From Bispira polyomma (lineage: Eukaryota), in NCBI GenBank assembly GCA_965649765.1, contig OZ287750.1, positions 6,324,001 to 6,388,000 on the forward strand: DNA of 64,000 nucleotides, in the 5' to 3' direction. The translations under genes were made by a program, and so were the position numbers. Shown piece after piece: positions 33,870 to 64,000 of the stretch. Every line of letters begins with the position of its first letter. The first letter of the stretch is position 1. Below the pieces are notes generated by a model. The model was not told where the DNA came from and did not search any database. It saw only the letters and a program-made list of their open reading frames with translations.

Positions 33870-36800
33870 CTTGCTCTAACTCCCAAAAAATATTGTATGA
33901 TGAAATTGCTTGAAATTGGTAAATGAGAGTATTAGACAGACAGTAAAGTAGCTACCGGAAATGTAAGAATGTGACGTCACCAAAGTAAACAAAGCTAGAG
34001 AGGGCCTGGGGAGCATGCCAGGGTTGTGTTGCGTAAACCAAGGAGGGAGCGATCCGACACCCACCTTTTTGGTATTTTCTAAGGGGATTAAGTAAACAGG
34101 GAGGTAAATTAGAGTTTGTAAGTCAGGGTGGGGTGTAACATGAATTAAAGTTAGATGTGTGAAGTAAAATAAGTATTTAATTGTCAAAGACAACCTTACA
34201 GTTTAACCTTTGAAAGAACTATGTCATTATTGCAGATTCCAAAGTTTCTGCAAGTATGCTCAGTTAACGGGCGTGCAAAACAAACACTACATAAAAGAAG
34301 CATATTAACAGGATGTGATTTGAGTAGGCCTAGTGTGTCTTGTTAATTGTAAAAAAAATATTGTAATTTATCCTTTTGGAACATAAATACTTACTTTATC
34401 CTCACAAAGTGCCTTTATTTAATTTGAATAATTGCTAAAAAAAAGAATAAAAAAGTGTTTTATCAAAGACTATTCTTGTTCCAGTCTCGACACATTTAAA
34501 CTGTGCATGCGCCGGAAGTAAGGTCACTTCCTAAAATGGCATGGTACTGTCATGTTTCAATTTGAAGTCCCTGCCACACAAATATTATGGGGTTGGTGGC
34601 AGGGCATAAGACTTGTGAGGGTAAGGCCAGTATTTAGCCTTACAAAGTGCTTGATTCCAACCTTCAAGGTGCAGGGTATTTGTGTGACAGAACCCCACTT
34701 AAAGGAATTTACTTTGGAAAGCACATTGTTGAGGACAAGATGAGTAACATATAAGAGTGAATAACACTATAGATATACACCAACAGCAATGATCAAGTAA
34801 TAACAGCTAAGGTTTACATTACCCAAAACTATTGAGAATTACTCATAATCCAAAAGTCTAAACATCTGCATTAAGATTAAAAGATAGCAGCTATAGCATA
34901 ACTTAATCAAAACTAGTTGATCCATAATACATGTGCATCTGTACAGAAGGTGCTGAAAAATGGTGTTTGGTCAAATATGTGCAGTCATCTAACAACCCAG
35001 GGTGAACTATCATAATGAAGTCACCAACTCCCAAGCAGGACACAACCGCTTTAACTACATAGCAAGAGCCTTTCAAAGAATGGATAACACACATAAGCAT
35101 CACTGGTAAGAGAGATACAGTAACCCCATTCCAATGTGGTTTAAGCTTGAGAGAAGAGAAGTTTCATGCATGAGTTTCACCTCTTCCCTTCTCTGAGGCC
35201 AGAGCCATACGAAATAAGGTTGTGAAGGTAACCAGTTACAAACAAATCTCTTTTATAGGTTCAAATAGAGGCTTGATCAAAGCTAAAAGTACCAACGACA
35301 AGTCTCAAGTAGGAATATTTCTATCTTTGACAGGTTGGTCGCTACAAAAACTGGCTAGAAATCTATTCAGGTCAAGCATTTTTGGGATTTATAGTCCTTT
35401 TGATCTCAAGGGATTGGCAATATATATAGCTGTACAAAAATTAGCTATCGTTGCAGGTATGAGATTTCGCTGTTGAAATAGGACCAATAAGGCCGACCTC
35501 GATTTATACACTTGTCTAGAAGATGGTCTCTGGGGTGCCTAAATTAGTTCTGCCACTAATCTTGAGTACTGAGAAACGGTGTGCAATTGGATTTCAGTAC
35601 CCAAACATGGAGATCCAGATATAAAAAGGTCCACCAGATCTCAAAACCAGGTCATGCCTGGCGATCCCGGAGCTAAGACCATCACTCAACACTGCTTTTG
35701 AAAGAATGCTACTGGACACCAAAGCATTACCGACCAAACCCCTACCATACATTCAATGCATCCCTCTCTAGATCTTGGATATCTGGGAATTGGTGATACA
35801 TTTCTGGATTCAATGACCACTCACTTGAACCACTCGCTTGAACTCGCTTATACCTGCAGGAAAGACTTCTGCTATCATGTTCAATGAGACTTGTATGTGA
35901 TGGGCTCGAACCCGGATTTTCCTGGGATTGAAGTATCCGCCATACCCAAAGAGACACATCTCTAGAAAATGTGTTTCCACTTGCTATTTCAGATAAACTA
36001 CTGCAAATGCATTGTCGCTGGCTATGAGAATAAATGCCTTGTGTCGAGGACATTTATATGCAAGCTTGTGTCTAGACTTGATCAAACACCACTGCCGGTC
36101 AAAACGCCTAGATGTGGCCCCCAACTTGTGTTGGAAGCGTGTCTAAAAAGGAGAAGATTGTGCTCTCTTGGATGCAAATCTTCCCCAACCAAGACATTTA
36201 AGGGGTCTTTACCACCATTAAAGATGGTATCTTAATAGTGAGAGAATCACCAATGAGATTTTAGGTACCATTGGATGTGTCTAAAAAAACCTTCCAAATG
36301 ATACTGTCCTCTCCAGACTGGCCAACACTCATCAAAGACTTAAACCTTCTGGATGTCATAAATCGAGATTTTTTCACTAATAAGATGGCTTATGACAAAA
36401 TTGACGACTTTGTAGGAAAAACAATGCCTGTTTCAAATCAAATTGAAAGCCGATAAAATCAATTTTCGATTGAGCAAAAGATTTCTGAAAGTTAACCAAC
36501 CAGCACAGTTTCTGAACTGTCAAAAAAAAACACAATAAATCAATAAATTTGAACACGCCTTTGTATTAGCGATGGAGACCCAATCAACTAGGCAGTCAAC
36601 CAGCTGGGGCTGATGAATCTGAAAACCATTAGTAAAAAGTGGGGGATTCAAATTCTAAATTCTGTTCGAATAAATTTGCGGACACCAGTCGAAATTCCAA
36701 GAAGCGGTGCTTGAATTTGACAGTCTAAAGCTAAAGTAAAAAAAATTCAACTGGGATTATGCCACTGGGATTATGCCACTTCACAATATCTGTAAAATTC

Positions 36801-37000
36801 TTCATTTCCATCCTGTTAGAATGCTAAGAACTCTCCCCAAACCTCACAATATACAAAGCATTTGTAAAAGTCCCTTCATTTTCTGTGAACGCCATGTTGT
36901 TTACAAATGCTAAAACTCAACCGACAACTGGTCTAAGATCCCATCTTAGCGTACGCACAACTCTGAAAAGGCTCCCATCTTCTAACAATCACAGCTAGTC
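33870..37000 (-). mobile_element. Decayed DIRS-like tyrosine-recombinase retrotransposon
   Basis: RNase H (DNASAVAYL...VWRIL...EWSL) and YR (DLSLV..ALIKPLFEPI...TLF.MALAS) remnants; boundaries approximate. Confidence 0.75.
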
Positions 37001-37583
37001 GAAAAAACGCGTTATGTAATGTAATGGGTCTAGAGTATGGGAAGTGTAAGTTTATAACCAGTAGATGTGTTTTAATTCTACTGTAAATGAGTGTTCAGTA
37101 CTAGGTATTTGGATGTGTGTGTGTGGGCCAAATAAGGAACATGCAGTACAGTATAGTAGTGCATAATGTAGGACTTATGAAGAAATGAATGTAGTATCTG
37201 GGCATAGAGTATTGATTTTCTAAAGTCTGCTTACCAAAAGTAGAGGGAAATGTGAACCAAGTATCTGTGTGTATATTTTGTTAATTCTCGATGATTTAGT
37301 GGTCTTTATTTTGCACACTGCAGAATAATGCATTTATTCCAGTGCTAGTTTCCCACAAAATTAAATGTCATGAATATTGGTGTTGACTTGCTTATAGTGT
37401 ATGTAAAAATATTTAACATATTGCAAGAATATTTGGTGATATTTTAGAAAGGTTTAATGTTTTAATATTACTAGTATTTTAGGTTTTAATTGTACTCAAA
37501 CTTACTCTGAAAGTCAGAGTAGATTCAGAGCAGGTCAGAGTAAAGCCAGTGGTATTTGTTTACTCTGGAATCTCTGAATTACT

Positions 37584-40500
37584 CTACCTGATTTTACATT
37601 TAACTTCAACATCAGGATTGTCACCCCATGCTTCAGGCTTCTGATTGTTGTCATTTTCTACATTACAGTCAGTAGCCATGACAGGCTTTGTCATATCCCT
37701 TTCAAAGTATGGTTTTACCATATTTACATGACACAGTTTGGTTGACTTTGTTCTGTCCGGGGTTTCAATGACATAATCCAGATCACCAACTCTCTTTAAC
37801 ACTTTGTATGGCCCATGATATCTGGCCTGTAACGTGTTCCCCTGGACAGGTAATAGCACTAAAACCTTGTCTCCCAGTTTAAAAACACGGTTTTGCGACT
37901 TTCTATCATATAGCATTTTCATTTTTGACTGAGAATGTTTCAAATTTTGTTGCGCTAGCTCACAAGCCTTTTTCAGCCTACTCCTAAACTTTGAAACATA
38001 ATCTAACAGGTTTAGGCTCTCCGAGTTCTCGGATAACCAATTTTCTTTCAACAACTTGAGAGGACCACGGACTGAATGACCAAACACCAACTCAAAGGGA
38101 CTAAAGCCTAAAGACTCTTGCACTGATTCCCTAACTGCAAACAATAATAAGTTGATGCCTTCATCCCAGTCTTTCTCATTGTCTAAGCAATATGTTCTAA
38201 TCATATTTTTTAAAGTGGAATGGAACCTTTCAAGTGCACCTTGTGATTCTGGGTGATAAGCACTAGATTTGATCTGTTTGGCACCTAGCTGAAACACAAC
38301 TTGCTGAAATAATCCTGACATGAAATTTGACCCTTGATCTGACTGGATCTCCTTCGGTAAGCCAACTAAAGTAAAGAAATTGACTAAAGCTTTTGAGATT
38401 TTCGGAGCTGTTATGTTGGTCAATGGTATGGCTTCAGGGAATCTGGTTGAGGCACACATAATGGTTAAGAGATATTGGTTTCTGGATTTAGTCTTTGGTA
38501 AGGGGCCTACGCAATCAATTATCACCTTGCTGAATGGTTCCTCAAATGCTGGAATGGGTTTTAGAGGAGCTATAGGAATCTTTAGCTTTGGTTTTCCTAC
38601 AACTTGACAAATGTGACAAGTTTTACAAAATTCTGCCACACAACGCCGGATTTGAGGCCAGTAGAAATGCTTGGTTATTTTGCCATAGGTTTTATTGATG
38701 CCTAAATGGCCACCCATTGAAGACTCATGAGCTAACCTCAATACCTCATTTTGGTACATTTTTGGTATTACAATCTGATGTAGTATTGACCAGTTTTCAG
38801 ATGTAGGAACATTTGGCGGCCTCCACTTTCGCATAAGCACACCATTTCTGATATAATAGCCTACTGGGACCTTATCTAGCTCTACTGTTGGTAACACCAA
38901 TTTGAGTAGAGGGGCTAATTTAGGGTCATTTTCCTGCTCTCCAATCAATTTTGATTTTGAGAGTGATACATCTGGATCATCAATTGGGTCCTGTTTCTCA
39001 GAATCTTCCCTACCTTTAGGGTCAATATCACTATGATTTTGCACATCATGGTCACAGTTGTTCAAGAATGTATCTGATAAATCAACTAAGACATCTGTAG
39101 ATTGTTTACAATCTTTTGGTTCTTCTTGGGCTTTTTTAGCCATAGCTCGAGTCACAGCACAGGAGGGAAAAATACCAGGAATAACCTCTTCTAATTTCTC
39201 AGTGCTAACCAAAGTGATCGGCTTAGAAGTAACGTTAGGATCAGCAACCACCTTGCCACCTGCCAAATCGTTTCCCAACAGCAAAGACACCCCTTTAATG
39301 GGTAAAGTGGGCCTGGTACCTACCACAACAGAACCAGCAACTAAGTCTGATAGTAAGTTGACCTTATGTAAGGGAATGTTTACACAACCTCCTTCAATAC
39401 CTTGAGCAATAATCCTCTCACCAGTAGAAGTGCTTACACTCAATGGCAATACACCTTCTAAAAGTAGTGACTGAGTAGCCCCAGTGTCTCTTAATATCTT
39501 GATGGGAACTTCACTGGAACTACTATCTAAGGATACAAAAGCCTCAGACACAAAAGGTTTGAACTCTTCCCTAATCTCAGACTTGACTAAACCAATACTA
39601 GATTCTGCTTTATTGGGATTTGAACGCCAATTAGATTTGCTAGAAATAAAGGCATTAGGTGTTGCCTCCTTTTCTCTCCTTTTCTTTAAGAGCCAACAGT
39701 CAGACATAACATGCCCAGGTTTTTTACAGTAATGGCACACAGGAGCAAAGGACCTAGGTTTCCTATCCTTACTCATTGTCTGATTTGTTGTTTGAAACTT
39801 ATCTGAACTCTTTTCTGGAGCTACATTTTCTAGTTTCTTTCCTACTTCAGGATAAAACTTCTTTGTGGGACCAGAGGATTTATTCTTGTAAAAAGTGGAC
39901 TTGTAAGTCAGCGCATAATCATCAGCATAAGCTGCTGCTTTTTGCAAATTTTCTACTTTCTGTTCATCCAGATCGGTTTTAATGTCATCACGAACACCCC
40001 TTTTGAACTCCTCAATTAAAATGACTTGCCTAAGCTTTTCAAAATCTGTACCAACCTCTCTAGAATTACACCATCTGTCAAAGTATACTTCTTTTTCATG
40101 GGCAAATTCAACATAAGTTTGATTTTCTTGCTTACGGTAATTTCTAAATTTTTGACGATTTTTGCTTCTGGTACCAACTCATATACTTTCAAGATAGCAT
40201 TTTTCACAGAGTCATAGTCTCTACATTCAGAAATTGGCAAAGCTGTATATGCCTCTTGGGCTTTGCCTTTGAAAACACTTTGCAGCAATAAAGGCCACTG
40301 GTTTGTGGGCCATTTCAAATTTTGAGCCACTCGTTCAAAGTGTTGAAAATATTTATCAACTTCCGACTCGTTGAACAGTGGTACCAGTCGCATATTTTTA
40401 CCCAAATCAAATTTGGTTGCCATGGACTCCTCATAGGCAATTCGGCCAGAATTGAGTTCAAAAGCCTTTATTTCCCTTTCATGCTTAAGCTCAAGTTCTT

Positions 40501-40891
40501 TTTCAAATTTCTCTTCTTTTCGTCTTTGAGCCTCAAGCTCTTCTTTACGCTGTTGAGCTTCAAGCACTTCTTTTCGTTGTTAAGCTTCAAGTTTTTCTTT
40601 TCGCTGTTGTGCTTCAAGCTCTTTAAGTTTCTCTCTTTTAATTTCTAATCGCCTGATCTCAAATTGCCCAGAAGGTTCCATTGGCAGAGGTTTATACACT
40701 TCTAAACAATTATCATGCAAAAGGTCTTCATCAACTAACTGTTCAACAATAAGCCTTTTAAGTTCATGTTTACGTGTTGACCTTTTCACTTTTAACTGTA
40801 ATTTTTGTGCTATCTGCATTAACACATCTTTTTTAAAAGTTTCCAAAACCTCAATAGATGGTGACTGTACAAACTCTTTAGCACTAGCCAT
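37584..40891 (-). pseudogene. gag-protease-integrase polyprotein (787-aa open segment 37584-39947; stop and frameshift in gag)
   Basis: VDKYFQHFERVA (SCAN-associated gag), CHYCKKPGHVMSDC, ILRDTGATQS, GGHLG...CKTCHICQ, IIDCVGPLP, QSDQGSNF, SAYHPESQGALER, GPYKV. Confidence 0.9.
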
Positions 40892-40978
40892 TTTGAGCAC
40901 TGTTGACTGTAATATATTTTCCAACAAAATAAATGATTTTTCAAAAAGCTAATTTAATAGTTAGATCAAATGGTTGTA

Positions 40979-40998
40979 TCCTGGATGACGAGCCCCCA
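40979..40998 (-). promoter_or_regulatory. Primer binding site (tRNA-Pro-like)
   Basis: TGGGGGCTCGTC...GGAT just inside the LTR. Confidence 0.8.
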
Positions 40999-41005
40999 AT
41001 TTTTC

Positions 41006-41751
41006 TGTTACGGTCACAGGAGCAAGCGCGGTAGCAATTACCGGTTGCTTTTAGGTTGTAACAGGAAAAGACAAAAAGTTTCACTTAACAAATTTATTAA
41101 CATATAAAATAACAATTACAGAATTACAGTCAATTGAGATACTCTCAATGGTTCATAGAATAATACAATAATGACACCGATCTGACCTGACCACAGTCCT
41201 GTCCACATAAATAACAATAAACAAGTTTGTCCACTGTATCCAGCAATCTGTCTTGAGATCCGCTCGGTGTCCACACGATGTCTGTATCCTGTTATCTGTT
41301 CGGTGTCCACAAACACAAAAATGTATATATCCAGAGAGGCTGCACAACTAAGCTATCTAGTCCAGGATGCAAACAATATCCAATATGCAGTAAATCCAAT
41401 CTCTGGTAGATCCACAACTTTATATCCAGTTCACTCCAATGAGTTCACCACAAAATGTACATAATAATCAGTTTATATTATGTTTCACAGTATAGCAGTT
41501 CATATAGCACACCAACCAATAAACTCTACTCTGTGGCCAGGCTGTCAACCCTTATATATACCACTGCTAGAGAATGTAAACAACAATCGCTAGAACTTTC
41601 CAGAATAAAATTGTAAATAAATTATAATAACTTCAATAACAACAGAAACAAAATAGAACCAGCCTCTGGAAGCTTAGGGGTTTCCCCAAATCTATAAATA
41701 GATCACTCTAGCAGAGTGCTTTAACATACCACAATGTCCTTATATGTAACA
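41006..41751 (-). repeat. 5' LTR of the Gmr1-like element
   Basis: TGTTAC...GTAACA termini; reverse complement of 46431-47227. Confidence 0.92.
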
Positions 41752-43322
41752 ATAAATAATACACCTGTGTCATTATTATTAGACAATAAAAATAGAAAAC
41801 ATACAAGTACTGTTTAAGTAAGGAAAAGCTTGAAACACATCTGTACCAACTTGCTTTTCTGCCTAGTATTTATCTCCTGGTCATGACTGAACTCTGATCA
41901 TGACCCTATTCACCTATTGGGCTATTCTTTTGCATACTGATTGGGATGTTTGCCACAGAGGATGCCTGGTCACCAATTGTGAAGCTATAGAACATTGGCA
42001 TTACTCGTTTATTGTCATAAAAAGCTGGGGTTTTATGCTGTTGTCTGAAAGATAGTATGGTAATCCATATAACTGCAATTCTCTTGTACGTAATATATGG
42101 CTGAAACATAATAAAAAATATAACTTAAAAACAAGTACTGTCATCAATGCTAGACAGTTAAATGAACTGGTATTGTCGATTTGCATTCATATTTTTGATT
42201 TGGTAATGCAGTCAAATTTTCTTCATTAAAAGTATAAATATATTTGTTTTCATTTTGTAGTGAAAGAAGTATAATTTATTAATATTTTGTTGCATTTGGT
42301 TCATATAAAATATACACTGAATATAATATCATGTACACCTTTTGGAAGGAGGAGATTTTTTTTGTGTGGAATAATTAATTATTTTGAATCTAGGGTTAAT
42401 GTATTGGAATCGATTGCATACATTGTGTTTAATACATAGGGTTTGTTTGAGACTTTATTTGGATTTTTAATCAATCAAATGATATTATCGTCTAACATTA
42501 CTGCCGTCTAACATTAATGATACACCTGTAGAGTACAAAAATAGTGTTGAAAATAGGCCATGGTAGATACACTGAAGGGATGAGGTTTCAAGAGGCCTAT
42601 TATGGCATGCCATTGCAATTGGCTGAACTGTTATGGTTGCATTTTAGGTAAGGTTTACAATGTAAACAAAACAGCTGCCACTTCAGGAAATGACAAACAA
42701 TATGTACTTTGAAAGAAGTATTACATTTTGGTCAATCAAACTCTTTGAAGTGTTTATGATTAGTTATTGTCTAAACTGGTAAACTTCTGACCAAGACAAC
42801 CTTATTTTCCAAATAATTGCGATACTAAAGTGTTAACAAAATGGCATATTTATAAATGCATGCTAGATCTTCAGGTAAAGTGTAGTGCTTCAAGAACCTC
42901 TTATAAGATAGCATTTATAGAAGCCCACTCGAGAAATCAGTTAATTTTTGAGTATGTACCCAAACTATATGCCCCCAATATCTGTAAGAACGCCTGTTGG
43001 CAAATGTTCGGCAGTATTCGCTTTATCTGGCAAATCCTTCTATATACAAATAGAACCCCACCCTCTGCCATGAAGTTCTGGCATGTTCGAAACAATCTAT
43101 AACAAAATTGTGATGGACCTGCTGCAAAAAGGGACGCATAGCTCCACTCACACCCACTAATGAGAAACGCAGACATAATTACTGTTAGATGTGATATAAT
43201 ACAATATTTAAATTTATATTTTCAATTATAATGGTGTGTATTTTGACTTAGTTAAAATACATATAGATATGTGTAGTCGCTGATATCTTGTTCGGGATAC
43301 AGCAGTGCTGAATTATTGCTAA

Positions 43323-64000
<20,678 letters not shown>

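Larger units (their letters stand above)
37565..41751 (-). mobile_element. 3'-truncated Gmr1-like Gypsy LTR retrotransposon
   Basis: 5' LTR, tRNA-Pro PBS, gag, CCHC knuckle, protease, then integrase directly; RT/RNase H and 3' LTR missing. Confidence 0.9.

Noticed and set aside
38380-39732. Plus-strand ORFs of 75-115 aa
   Set aside because: Antisense shadows of the retrotransposon polyprotein.
41116-41464. Short ORFs here and at 46795-47059 with similar translations
   Set aside because: They lie inside two copies of the same LTR; the similarity reflects the repeat, with no evidence of a protein.

Overview
AT-rich eukaryotic genomic DNA, most likely from a marine invertebrate (inferred from gene and transposon content), with one 203-N assembly gap. 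Two spliced host genes can be rebuilt by hand. The first is a complete minus-strand gene with 7 coding exons for a 203-aa secreted H-type lectin (2801-8725), containing one GC-AG intron. The second is the 5' part of a plus-strand animal alpha-amylase (4 exons, 43323-64000, running off the window), whose first exon lacks a canonical donor. An intronless LRR/mucin-stalk/transmembrane pseudogene lies at 12598-13530. Most of the rest is decayed, nested mobile DNA: L2, CR1, L1/Tx1 and RTE-X-like LINEs, tRNA-SINEs, PIF/Harbinger elements and MITEs, a Gypsy and a Gmr1-like LTR element plus a solo LTR, three tyrosine-recombinase retroelements (DIRS/Ngaro), and Helentron-like satellite carriers. The most striking observation is a PIF/Harbinger transposon remnant (9590-12180). 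Its two convergent genes, the transposase and the accessory gene, each end in a perfect replication-dependent histone mRNA 3' stem-loop. This suggests a transposon that borrows SLBP/U7 histone-type mRNA processing.
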